This document shows, in pieces, positions 51,405 through 64,000 of a stretch of DNA of 64,000 bases; the stretch's first letter is position 1; the number at the start of each line of letters is the position of its first letter. The DNA is from Octopus bimaculoides (Eukaryota): assembly GCF_001194135.2 (NCBI RefSeq), contig NC_068982.1, positions 126,782,144 through 126,846,143 on the forward strand, in the 5' to 3' direction. Position numbers and translations under genes: made by a program. Under the pieces are notes generated by a model, which saw only the letters and a program-made list of their open reading frames with translations, was not told the origin of the DNA and searched no databases.

Positions 51405-52000
51405 TTCTAAAATTTTCTACAGAATCTGCTGTAAGAATTAAGTCATCAGCATACAGGAGTTCCCCTGGGTAGTTAGTCTCTGTTATTGCTTGAAAAATTA
51501 TAAGTAGGAGTGGACTGAGAAATGATTCTTAACAGACCCTTGCTGCTAACAGTAAGTTCATTACTGAACTCGTTGCCGAGTGACTTTCGTACTTGGCTTT
51601 CATAAACCATTCATCTATGCCTAGTTTCCTTAGTGCTCACCAGATTACAGCGTGGGACTCTTTCAAAGCTGATAGTTGCTAAGTATAGGGTACATGCTCC
51701 CAGCTAAGTATTTTTCCAGTAATCTCACTAGAATGATGGCTATGGTAGTCCTTTGTGGTTCATAGCTGAACTATATCTTATCTATGTTAATTCTATTCTT
51801 GATTATAACAACTCTTTCTGTAAATTTCATAACCTATTCAACAATTTGATATCTCTGTAGTTTCCTCTCAGTGCATCAACATTGTCCTCGTAGCAGTGGA
51901 TGAGGATACTGGTATGGCACTTCCCTGTATTACCTGATTGACTTTGCAAGTGGCTTGCATCTATTTTTACACCAGATAGTTTAAGCATCACAACAACTAT
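51405..52000 (-). mobile_element. RTE reverse transcriptase core fragment, decayed
   Basis: DALRGNYRDIKLL...AFERVPR...ALRKLGIDEW...LSPLLLII...ELLYADDLIL across frameshifts. Confidence 0.82.
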
Positions 52001-53554
52001 CCCTGAGCAGCTGCTTTTTCTGAATGGCACTTAAGGCCCTACTGCTGTCAGCTATATTCTGGTAAAGGATGTAAACATTGGTTTAGAAAACGAAAAGAAA
52101 GTGGTGCCCTTCGAATGAAGTACACTGTGGTACATATACCCTTTTGCCATTTTTTTATGTCAGAAACCCAGTGAACTAGTGAATGATCTGTAGAAAACCT
52201 GTAGCAAACAGTGTTGTTGTTCACAAATTACACTCTCCTGTATCTGTTTGTCTTCTGTGTTTAATCATCATTTATCGACAATGTTCTGTGCTTGCACTAG
52301 TTGTGAAGTTTGACATGATCCGAAAAGCCCAAGTGCATCATGCTCCAGTGTCTATTTTAGTATAGTTTCTCAGGCTGGATGCCCTTCCTAACACCAGTTG
52401 CTTTACAGCATGTAGTGGGTGCTGTTTTGTGCTACTAGTACTAGTGAGGGGGCAACTTTATGCTAGGTGAGAGGCAAAAAAATGGGTAAACATATGAGAG
52501 AAGGGGGCCAGTGCAGATCAGGTTTGTTGCTGCAGAGGAGCTACAGTTAGCTCTTCTCCTTCTAGAAGAGATGGGAGTGATCAGGTGAGTCCAGAAAGCA
52601 GTGGGGGTGTTGATGACTGTTAGTGCTGAGCAGCAAAATTTAAATGAAACAGTAGGCAGGAGAACGAGGAAGGAATGATGTTGGGTAGGTTGTAGGAGTG
52701 TGTGAGGAAAAGAGAGGCAGGTGTGTTGTATGAAGCCGGTGAGAGACATGTAAATATTATTTTCTGCCAAAATATGTTTACATATTGTCTAATAAGATCT
52801 CTTGTTGATTATTTACTTTCTTAAAGCTTACTCTGAATATTAATCATAGCAGGAGGCTGAAATAGTTTCACGCCACACGAAAGTATTGCTCATGGCTATC
52901 AGAGCAGCTGCTATGAATACACACACACACATGCACACAGTTCATTGTAAACTGCATCCCTTCCCAAAAGCCTAGCTGGCTGATTGGCAAACCTTCATTC
53001 ACAAACGTGTTATAAAAACCACTAGCATTTCCAACAAGGTGACTACCCACACGTACACCTCTTTCTACCATTATTACTGGTCCTTACTAGTTTTGAAGTA
53101 GCTGTATACTTTATTCATGCATCTCTCTTCTTTTCACTATTGTCACAACCCCCAACTTTCCATCATCAAATTCCAAATACTTCACTAGATGGGTTTCATG
53201 GAAATAGATTTTCTATCCATATTTCAACATTTCAATCTTAAGAATTTCTGTTGAACATCAAGTATATGTATCTCAGCAATCTCTGAGAGCCTGCAAATGC
53301 TTTGGAATCTTGCAGTGGTTAAAAAAATTTAATTCTGTGTGATTTTTTAAATATCTTGCAGTGCCTATGCTTAGATGTGAGTTGACTCCTATTTAAAACA
53401 AGCAAATTTCTTGCTATCCATAGTTCCCAATTTTCAAGTGCATAATTCATCTAGATTATTTGCTGGTTTGGTTCTCTCCTTGTTTTATGTAGTTTCACTT
53501 CACAAGCATTTGATTTGCATATTTAAACTAGATTAGTCTTACAGAATTGATAGA

Positions 53555-53620
53555 CCTCTCTCTCTCTTTCTCTCTCTCTCTCTCTTTCTCTTTCTTTCTC
53601 TCTCTCTCTCTCTTTCTCTT

Positions 53621-53689
<69 letters not shown>

Positions 53690-53717
53690 TTCTCTCTCTC
53701 TTTCTCTNNNNNNNNNN

Positions 53718-53796
<79 letters not shown>
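53555..53796. repeat. (CT)n microsatellite spanning a 10-N gap
   Basis: Seen directly. Confidence 0.98.
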
Positions 53797-53798
<2 letters not shown>

Positions 53799-54029
53799 TA
53801 ACATTAAATATACCAAAAATATATTTGATGTTAGTTCATTATTACTGCAGTGAGGAACAGCTATTTCCAATATTGCACAGAGAAAAAATATTGCAGGAAA
53901 TTTGTAGGTAAAGGGGAAATTTATTAGAAATATTACGTTTTCACTATGTTTTGAATAAATTAAATATTTTAAACATAATATAATAATTTTAATGATTAAT
54001 AGTTTTTAACTTGTATAACATTTTGAGAC

Positions 54030-55250
54030 TCTCATCCTACATCACCCTGTCTGAAATCCTCTTCCTTGGTGACTGCAGTGTCTCAGTGTTGGTGCTCACA
54101 TTCTTTCCACACCAGTACTTCCAGTACAGAAGCTGGATCTTTAACCAATGTTCTTGCATTATCTTTCATCATGAATGACCTTATTTAATGCACTCTCTCT
54201 CTAGGCACCTTTTTCCTCATCAAATCCTGCCTTTACTACTACAGTTTCTGTGCCTATTGGATCCCCTGATCACTGCCTACTCAAGGCCACCCCTTACCTT
54301 TCGGACCCTGTGGCGCTTCAGTTCAGTTAACTAGCAAGAGCTCTTCCAGTTTTACACTAATTATCTCTTGCTTCAAATATACATTACTCTGTCCCCACTG
54401 GAAACAGCTAACCTAGTAACTGAAGCCTGTGCCTGCCCATTTTGTTACACAGCCAAAATACTGAGTTGTTTACTTACAGCTGTACTGTCACAGTATATGG
54501 GAAGAACATAACTTATAGTATACCTGGAGAAACTCGCCCATCTCTACAACTGGATTGCTTTAACACTCGCCCCTGCAGCTACACAAGACTACACTATGAA
54601 GATGCATTGCATAGCATGCAAGTACTGTTGTCTCTTGAACTAAAATTAATTCTTCTCCTTAGATTGGTTTCTTGTCATTTGGTGGAATCCTATTTCTTGC
54701 CACTCTTCAAACATTGGCTTTGTAAGATATCTTTTCCTAAAGCGATCTTCCACATTTGCTGTCTGCTTTACTTTATATTCCATAATATTCACCCTTGTTA
54801 AGAGACTTCCCACAAAACTTACCTTCTTCATTCCACAAGTCTTACCACCACATAGACATACACATCTGGTGGAGTTAAAACAAAAAGGTCATGTTTCTTT
54901 TATTCAAACAAGGTCAGTAACTCTTTCATTATCCTCAGTCAGTGAACTGTAGAGCAGCCCCTATACTTCACAAAGTCTTTCACTTTTGTCTTACTATAAG
55001 GATCTGTTCTTACCTTTTGGAAACATTCTATTGTGTGTTCAATCCCCAAGAAGGTTACCTACTCTAACTCTGTTGGCTGTTGATCTATCACTCTTACTAG
55101 GTCTTGAGATGAGGGAAACTTTGAGTTTCTGTTCCTCCTTTTTGACCATTCTTCCAAAGGGAAGAAGTGGTGAGTCTCAAACTATTTGGTTGTAAAGTGT
55201 TGGTGAACGAATCTACTAAATGCACTTATAGGATGTGTGGGTAGCAATGA
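54030..55250 (+). mobile_element. Highly decayed LINE ORF2, AP-endonuclease region (CR1/L2-group-like)
   Basis: SEILFLGDCSV (GDFN-like) at ~54050 and LGSPDHC (SDH-like) at ~54258; the downstream boundary is uncertain. Confidence 0.5.
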
Positions 55251-58200
55251 CAGTACTCTAATGTGGGTTACACTTGAGATTTGTACAGGGTCAACAGCTT
55301 TGACACTTAAAAAGTGATTTTACAAATGTATTGTATGTGTAATAAGATAAGATAAATATATATTTGATTGCGTCAGTACAAAAGTAATAATTTAAGATCA
55401 AATCGTGACATGTTATTGTTGCGACTAGTTTAAAAAAAAAAAATCTTTTTTTCCCCACCAACTGTTGCAGAATTTCTATTGTACATTCACTGAATGCTTT
55501 CTAAGATGTTATTTAACTTCCATATGGTGTTGAGTTTATTAGGTAAGTTGAGACTACCAGAATTGCAACGTCTTTATAAGACACCAGTTCTATTTTATAG
55601 CCATGCCAATAGTTGTTATTTAGCTTATGTCAATTCTAATTGAACCATAATCAATCTAGCACTGACCATTCGGCTCTTGTTTTTTTTTCTCTTCTTCCTT
55701 TCTTTTGGGTGCGTTTAGTGAGGCATGTCTGTATGGTTGAGAAGTTTGCTTTGCAGGCATGTGGTGTTTTGGTTCAGTCCCATTCTGCAGTACCTTGGAT
55801 TAGTATTATAGCTATGGGTTGGTCAAAGCCTTGTATGTGGATTTGGTAGACAGGAATTGAAAGAAGCCCTGTGCGTGTTTGTGTGTGTGTGTACATTAGC
55901 ACTTCTTCAAAAATTGCTGAGCTGCATGCAGTAATGTTATCATTTTCCTCTGTCAACAAATCATCCACTGGCTTTACACCTTTGAAGATTTATGGAATAA
56001 GAGATCCTTTACTTGAAAACAGGTAAGGCTTAGCAATAAGACTGGCATCTGGCTGTAAAACCTGTTTTTGGTAATATATTCATGTAATCCATGTGAGCTT
56101 AGAAAAACAGATGTAATAATGAATAAATGAAATGAACAAGTGCCCTTTTTTTTCTTTTTTTTTTTAATTATTTTTAACCCCCATTCAGATGTTGGGGTTT
56201 GATTTGAGTGATATTTGGTTTGGGCTCCTTCATATTCTTTTGTGATTAACTGAGAATCAGGAATTTGAAATATATAGAATTGTCTGGCTTGATTTGTCTT
56301 TAGCACAGCTTGTTCTATAAATGTACCTTTTTTCTAATATAAAATAAATATTTGTCTTCAGGCAGTATATCCCGAGTGATGTGCATTGCTGCTAGTTTCC
56401 ACAACCAACAATTTGGAATAATTTTTTCTTGTTAGTTTTTTTTCTTTTTGTTTTTGGCAGCTGTTACTTGTTGTAAGCTTTGAGATCCAGTTTAAGATCT
56501 TATTAACTTGGTTTCCTTCAGGCTTAAAGTTTTGCTGTGCAGGAATCAAGGTGGAGAGGTTTAGGTTGAGGCTTGGTATAGAGTGACATCTTTGGCTTTA
56601 ACTTGTGCTTGCTTGACCTTGATGTGAATGCAGGATTTTCTTCTCGTTGCAGCAACATTCTTCGTATCTTTTGCAATCTTGTAAACATCTTCTGAACAAC
56701 TGACCTTTGCATAACTTAGATAACCTTTCTTCACTTTGATCTATTAAATAGAATGTAATTTCGTTTGATTGTGAACCAAAGTCTATGAATATAATTTTGT
56801 TGGTGATTTTGTTTATATAATTTATAATGATTTGGATTATGTTTTGACTGATATAAATTAAAACCTCCAAAATAAAGACACTTGAGGAAAATATACCTTA
56901 AGTTAACAATTCAAAATTGATTGATAGCAATAATAATTTTCTGATATAGGCACAAGGCCCGACATTATTTTAATTCCTGTACTTGAGTGGTACTTTGTTT
57001 CATCAATCCTGAAAAGAGGGAAGGAAGTGCCACTGACCTTTTACAGGGCTTCCAAGAACAGTCGGAGAAGTTATGCCTAATTTAATCAACTTGCACAAAA
57101 TTCAGAGGCATTTCCAAGAACAGGGCATAATTCTTTATAAACTATCCTTGAAAGCTTATGTAGTACTTCTTCCCTGTTGAAATGTCCCAGAAAATTAGGG
57201 TTTAAGTTACTGGCAAGTGATAGTCTGTGTGCTACAGTGCCCCTTAAAATTCACTGCAAAACCTCTCTCTTACAAAACTGCTTCCCGGAGTTTTTAGGAA
57301 CATTCTACGGTAATGATGCATATCAATAGTGTTTACCGTAAGAGAAAAATTGATGTGCCCATGACTTTTGTAGGCCCTCCAAGATTGGTGGGATTGGTAC
57401 CATTAATGTTCCTTTTGGTATCTTTGTAAGTTAACACAGAGCTGATATTTTGAGATGATTTGTCTGTGGGCTGGGGTTTTGAACACAACAAATGTGATGA
57501 AAGGACCAAATATAATTTATACATTCCTGTTTCTCCGTCATATTTTAATCTCTCATCTCCTGGCATAAAACCACCTTCCTCAGTATTACACCTTCTCAGT
57601 TGTGGATCCTGGTTTGCAAGTTACTTAGTGACCTCACCAGTGTCACATAAAAAGCACCCAGTGCACTTTGCAAAGTGGTTGGCATTAGGAATGGCCTCCA
57701 GCCATTGAATCCATGCCTAAGCAGTCATTGGGGCTTGGCACAGTCCTCTAGCTCTGCTGTTTCTGTTGAACCATCCAAGCCACGTCAACAACGGATTATT
57801 TTATCATTGCATTTGATGTCTGTGACATTAAATGGTGGTAATGATAATGAAATAATCTGTTATTGATTAAATAGTCAATTCACTTTTAAAATCCTCAGAT
57901 TGCCATTAACCCAACACAAAGAAGTCATAGAGAAGACATTCCTTCACAACCAGTAGAAACTTGTTAACCTTGAACAGAATGTTTCAATCTCGGCGCATGT
58001 AAACAACATTGAACAATGGTAGTGAAGTAATTATTTCCAGAAGAGTGGAGTGGGAAAAACTGTTAATATAGTTCTCTTTTGAAATTATCAGAAGCTACTG
58101 CACCCAATCAGCCATCCTCATGACTCAAATCCATTGACTATTTAATTTTTGTTTATTCTAATTTGTATTTTATATGATAATTATGGAAATGAATTGCTTT

Positions 58201-61023
58201 GTGAAATTAAAAAAAGAAAGATAAACTGAATGAAACTAGGGCATTTTTGCCATAAATATAACAATGGCTATGGCTAAAATGATAAGTTGCATGAAATATT
58301 AATAGGTTTATAGTTAAGATGTTTTTTTACTGGTATTTACCTACAATTAGAGCTGGTTTGTTTAGGTACAATGAATCTGTAAAAGATTTAAGAACCTTTT
58401 TTGAGTTAGATGTGAAACATCACTGATATTTCAATAAATAAGGAAGTAGTTGATGTTTTATGAAACCTGTGTAAATTCACAATTTTAGAATTAACTTGAA
58501 AAATAGTGGTGGAATATTTTAGTTCGAAATCTCTACAGAAATAAGTAAATTTTGCATGTTTCTAGATCTTCTATTAAAGTTTGCATATATTATCATGCCT
58601 TGATATTTTGTGGACTGGGTTTCTGTTAGTAAGGCTCTGCTATTAAATAAAATGCTTGACACGTTTAGTATACAAACTGGGAGGCAGCTTTGGTTCTGTG
58701 AGGATATTAGATTTGATGTGTATATAAACAAATTGGCTACTTTGTTTCCCTGGAAATAATCAAATGATGTAGGCACATGAGGAAACCCTAATTGATTTAA
58801 GTCTGTTCATGATTTTTCGATCTATGGAGAAATAGGCAAATTTGCCATGTTTGAATGCCTTTAATATCAATAATAAATGGGTTAATGTTTTTTTATTGGG
58901 AATTTACTAAGTTTCGTATGAATACATAAAATGGCCTCATTGTGGAGAAGGCTGAAATTTTTTCTTTTCTTAAAGAAGAGTCAGCCAAAACTGAAGTGTC
59001 TTTTAAGCTTGTACTCCTTACAAACAATGAAATACAGTAATCTTGAATCATACATGTACTTAGGATTTCATTTATTTTTAGGTCATGTTTGTGTTGTGTG
59101 ATGATGTAATTCTAGCACATAGTGTTCACATCTTCACATTAAGCAGGCTACCATGCTTTTAATTTCGACTGATTCCTTATTATCATTGAGCCACTGAATA
59201 CATTGTAACAAGACCCCTTCTTTCCTCAGGCAGCTTGATTTTTGATAACTTAATTGTGTAGAATTCATCCACTTTATGATCAATTTCATCCAAACCAACA
59301 TTATTAATAGAATTCAGATGCTATTTAAAAGCTCTTTATGTTTCCTAATTAAATGTCCTTTGTAAGGTTCTCCTTTAAAATATGTGCATGACCAATTTGA
59401 ATTTTGACCAAAGAGAAAATGTTATTTGAGCACACCAAACAAGCTCCAAAACTTCCTTTTAGCTCTTTAACATTCCAGTTACTCTATCAAATATAATGCT
59501 TATTTATTCACATTATTTTGAATTAATTATGCATTATCTTGTGGCTTTAAAATTTCAATGATGTGATTGTTTATTATTAGAATAACATTGTAGGGGAAGT
59601 GTGAGAAGTGTGCTCTGGCCTGTTGGGACATAAAACGGGTAGAATATATCTGGGTGGATATGGCCAGTTTAAATAGTAAAGGGTTAATATTTGAGTATCT
59701 GGTTTCTGTTAACTTGATAGAGTTCAAAATTGCTGTTTTGTAATTATATTTCTGATATAGTCTTTTCACTTGCATCATTTGTTAAGATCACCTTTTTTTT
59801 TGTGCCTTTATAAATCTGGACCAAAGGCTTTGATACTAATATCACATTTTTTATACTTGAATGACTTCTGTTGTTGAACACCCTATTTACAAAGTGGTGC
59901 AAGCAGCAATATGCAGGCCAAATAATGAAAAATATATCAGCCATAGGAAAAGATTCTAATTGCTTATCTTTTACTGGATTTAAAGTTCTCACTACTGAAT
60001 GATAGTCTTGTAATATACCCTCTTTTGTCAGTCTGTATCCTTCCAGTAAGATAATTCTAACATGGACATAGAGCCATCAGGAATAGTACACAATCAAACT
60101 AACTGTTCTATGGTCTTATCTACTTTGATATTTAAACAGTTACATTATCAGCATCCCCATCATTTAATGTCTGCTTTCCATGCTGTCAAGGGTTAGGTGG
60201 TTTGACTGGAACTGATAGGCCGAAGAGCTGCACCAGGTTCCAATCTGATTTGGCATGGTTTCTATGGCTGAATGCCCTTCCTAATGCCAACCACTCAGTG
60301 TAAAGGCTGCCATTTACTTGACACTGGCAACAACCTCAACTATGGTTTCATTTGGCTTGACAAGTCTTCTAAAGCACAGAATATTGCCAAGGGCTTGTTC
60401 CTCTTAAGATATCTATCCTCATCATTTAACATTTGTTTTCCATGCTGGCATGGATTAGATGGCTTGACCAGAGCTGGTAAGCCAGAGAGCTGTTTTGACT
60501 TGGTTTCTATGGCTAGATACCCTTCCTAACATCAACTACTTTAGTGTGTGTACTGGGTACTTTTTTAAGTGTCACCAGCATAGGTGCCTTTTGTGCAGGC
60601 ACCGTTGGTGTGTCTATGAAAATCTTTATTGCTTCCATCTGGTATGATCCTTCTAAACTCAATTTAGCAAATATAATCCTTCTCAGAAAAAGAATGAAAT
60701 CTCTATTAATCATCTAAACAAATTTTCTTAAATACGCCTATTCTATAGTCTCCACATTCCTGGAAATTTCCACCTGCCTTTCAACAGTCACTTAAAAAAA
60801 AAGACGCGTTCCTTCTAGCAGGAGTTTCTAAAAGACATTCATTAATTAGTGTATTTTGCTTCGTTATCATTAATGGTATAACGTGTGTGTACATTAGTCC
60901 ATTAGTGATGATTATGTCACTCAGTGTCTGATTCAGATTAACAGTATCCTCAAGTAAATTTGCTAAAACAGTTGTACCTACTTTCAAGACTTGGTTTGAG
61001 AACTAATTGCCCTTCCAATTTGT

Positions 61024-61781
61024 TGTTGTGGACACCTCCAAGTGAGAAGTGGGCTATTCCACTACTGATAAATAGTGGACAGACATGGCAAGCAGCGTCA
61101 GTCACCGAAGATATGCCATTTGGGCCAGTCTCACAGACGAGGAAATATATCGTCATAATGTGGAACATATCAGTGGCGATGAGGATACCTCCCACTGTAT
61201 AATGGTGTCATTATAACAGTGGTAATGAGGTTACAAACACTCGTAGGAGTGTCGAAATGGAAGAACTACACACAGGGAAAAATATTAAAAATCCCGAAGT
61301 AGGATTTGAACCACACACAGTGAAAAATATATAAATTCTATTGATAAGACTCTGAAGGAAAAAGTATTTGATAACACTGGAACTCTAACTCAGAACTGAA
61401 CTACACACAGTGAAAAATAATATAAATCTGTTTGAAGGATTTTAGTCAGGTCGCTATGTTAGTAGCGCTATCAGTAACGATGTAGACTAATACTACCTGC
61501 GGCATTCAGAAGAGAAAAATAATAAGTCCCTGTGCAGGATTTTAGTCAGGTCGCTATTTGTTAGTAGTGCTACCGGTAACAATGAAGACTAGTACTACCT
61601 GCAGCAGAAAAAAATCTCAAAGTGGGGAGGTGTTGTGGCAGACAGCCCCAAGTGGGAAGTGAGCTGTTCCACTACTGATAAATAGTGGACAGACACAGCA
61701 AGCAGTGTCAGTCGGCGAGGTACACATTTCAGGCTAGTCACATAGATGACGAATTACAACGTCATAATGTGAGACATATCA
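61024..61781 (+). mobile_element. Non-autonomous LTR element (TRIM-like): two ~150 bp LTRs, PBS, PPT, no ORF
   Basis: LTRs 61024-61172 and 61631-61781, both tgttgtgg...catatca. PBS tggcgatgaggat at 61174-61186; PPT aaagtggggagg at 61619-61630. Confidence 0.8.
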
Positions 61782-62514
61782 TCACTGTTTCATTCACCCT
61801 TGTATCAACTGACATTGCTATGTCAGTCATTAAGAATAACATCTTCCTGCACTATTTTCTAAAGTGGAGTAACTATCATATAGCTTTCATAGTGTGATAC
61901 TTTCAGCCTCTCATATTTCAAGTAGCTTTGTATGCATTGCATTCCAAATTGAAAACTGTAGACTCGGACTGTTTTGTGTACATTTTCCTGAAAATTGGTC
62001 CCAAGAAAAAAAATTTAGAACTTCAGAATTTAATATGATTAGATGGATGTAGTTTATTTGTCAATTATCTATTAAGATAATTAGTGATTTGTGTCTATCT
62101 CTCTGTTTGTCCATCTCCTGTGTCTAAATTTCATGGGAAAGCCGACAGATAATTTAATTAGCTGAATATTGAATAGAAGTATTTAAACATTTAACTGTCT
62201 TATTATAAATTGTGTACATATTTGTTTCATTTAACATTTTTTTCATGGTATCAGTTTAAATTGAGGCAGAAATTTTATGGTTGACACCCTTCATGTTACC
62301 AATGTTTATTTGTTTTTCAAGTAAGGGATTTTTTTGAATTTCAGAAGCAGAGTTAGCTGACAAATTGTTGGCAGGAGATGGCAACAGATATCGCCAATAT
62401 GTAGCTGAGCTGCGAATGGTGTTGTCACCATCTGTGGCCAGTACTCTGCATAGTTTTTATAAAGATGAATGTTGCATGCATGCACACACATACACACACA
62501 TATATATACATAGA

Positions 62515-63422
62515 TACATGAGGGGGTACCCAAAAGAAACCGGAATTTTGCAATATTTTATTCACTTAGTTTTACATGTTTACACTTTCATCACCTTCAG
62601 ACTATTTTCCATTGGAAGTATTGCATCGATCCAGATATGTTTTCCATTGTTTGAAGCAGTGCTGGAACTCTTGCAAAGTGATGCCTTTTTAACGCCTCTA
62701 TTTTTTACTTTGCCTCTCCCACATCAGTAAATTCTGTAGCACCAGCTTTCGTCACAAGTGATGACCTTCAAAAAAGAAAAAAAAAAAGCTCTGGATCAAT
62801 TTCCAATAGTTGTTTTAGTTCACGACATGCATTCAGTTGTGACTGTTCTTGATCTTCTGTGAGCAAACCAGACACAAACTTTGATGCAACTCTTTTCATT
62901 TGCAATTCTTCACTTGAAAATTGTTGGGAGGCAATCCAGGACACACCAGTCATATCAAAAAGTTCATTAATTGTTTGGTGATGATCCGCCAAGATGGGTT
63001 TATAAATTTTCATTGTTTTCAATTGTTTGGGAGGTCGATGGACACCCTGAATGAGGTTGGTCTTGAAGTGACCACTCCTAAAGTGTGAAAACCGTTCATA
63101 AACTTGTCTTCCTCATCATGGCAGTGCCTTCGTAAGCTGTTTAAAACATGACAACTATTTGTCCATCATTTTCCCCCAGCAGAAAACCGAATTTCATGGA
63201 AGCACGCTGTTCCTTCATTTCAGCCATTACAAGAATTGATAAACGGGGAAGCACTGCAAAGCTAAGATGCACCACATGGCAGTAGGACTATACTTTATGC
63301 CGCTGGTCAACATACTGATGCCTGAGAGTTGCATCAAGAGGCTTCTAGCAGTGGAAGCCAGAACTACAATGGGTTTGTTCCGCAGAAGATGTTTCTGATT
63401 ACTTTTGGATACCCCATCTAAT
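62515..63422 (-). mobile_element. Internally deleted mariner element with both TIRs
   Basis: N-terminus EQRASMKF...QVYERFSHF, then KRVASKFVSGLLTEDQ, KVITCDESWCY, jumping to ALKGITLQEFQHCFKQW. TIRs gggggtacccaaaag and cttttggatacccc. Confidence 0.85.
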
Positions 63423-63458
63423 ATATAAAGGAATTTGAATAACAAAACAATAAACAAC

Positions 63459-63567
63459 CTATGAACTTCATTGGCTTATAGCAGTTTCTGCTATAGGATA
63501 CAAGCACTCGACTATGAGTGCATTGCATCCTATAGAAGTAACAGCTGTAAGCCAATGAAGTTCATAG
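63459..63567. repeat. 109 bp near-perfect hairpin
   Basis: ctatgaacttcattggcttatagc...ctataggata.aagcactc / gagtgc.ttgcatcctatag...gctgtaagccaatgaagttcatag. Confidence 0.9.
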
Positions 63568-64000
63568 CATAAGTGTTTACCTTCTGTCATTCTAATTTAT
63601 TACCACTCTGTACTTGACTGATGCTTCGTTCTGCAGCATATGTATACTGAACTCTAACACCAGGTTATTAGTATTGTTATGCTTAAGTGAAATATTGAAA
63701 TTATAAAGCAAACACAAATGGCGTAACATTTAAATGACGTCTTTGTTTACTTTTTATACATACACTCCACGAAGGACCAACCCCGGAATTGGACCTATGG
63801 TTTAAATTGGATTTGGTACTTGTATATCCACAGTATCTTACCAACACTTGATGTCTCCAGCATTGCTAACCTCACTGCGAGCTGTGTTACACCAAGCCAT
63901 TTCTGGTGTCCTGCAAGTTTTGCTTTGATTCTAATGAATCTTTGTACCCCCCCACCCACCACCACACACACACACTTTTATAAGGGAAGTGTCAGTGACT

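Noticed and set aside
63826-63925. Open minus-strand segment ending at a gtaaga donor
   Set aside because: No polypyrimidine acceptor, unrecognised peptide, and it lies at the window edge.

Overview
AT-rich, repeat-dense animal genomic DNA from a gapped draft assembly (11 N-runs). The SINE/RTE complement and microsatellite load suggest a cephalopod such as Octopus (inference, not verified). There are no prokaryotic features. One host gene is recognisable: a minus-strand torsin-family AAA+ ATPase most like TOR4A. Its main exon (30355-31296) is longer than the ORF track shows and includes a transmembrane segment. Three small candidate upstream coding exons (34.0, 38.8, 39.8 kb) splice in frame, and two of them arose by intragenic tandem duplication. 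Most of the rest is mobile DNA: decayed mariner elements, RTE LINE fragments and 3' UTRs, three tRNA-headed SINE families, restriction-like-endonuclease non-LTR fragments, two Penelope-like remnants, and piggyBac-like, mariner and foldback MITEs. The most notable structures not visible in the ORF track are: (i) an apparently intact type I hammerhead ribozyme (minus strand, 14038-14135) paired with a degenerate inverted copy around a Penelope-like GIY-YIG remnant; (ii) a ~760 bp non-coding LTR element (TRIM-like) with a tRNA-Ser(GCU)-type PBS and a PPT at 61024-61781; (iii) a two-source mosaic duplication at 24.6-25.7 kb; (iv) several long hairpins. Most ORF-track entries are microsatellite or N-run artefacts. 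All calls come from reading the sequence by eye; no searches or folding were run.
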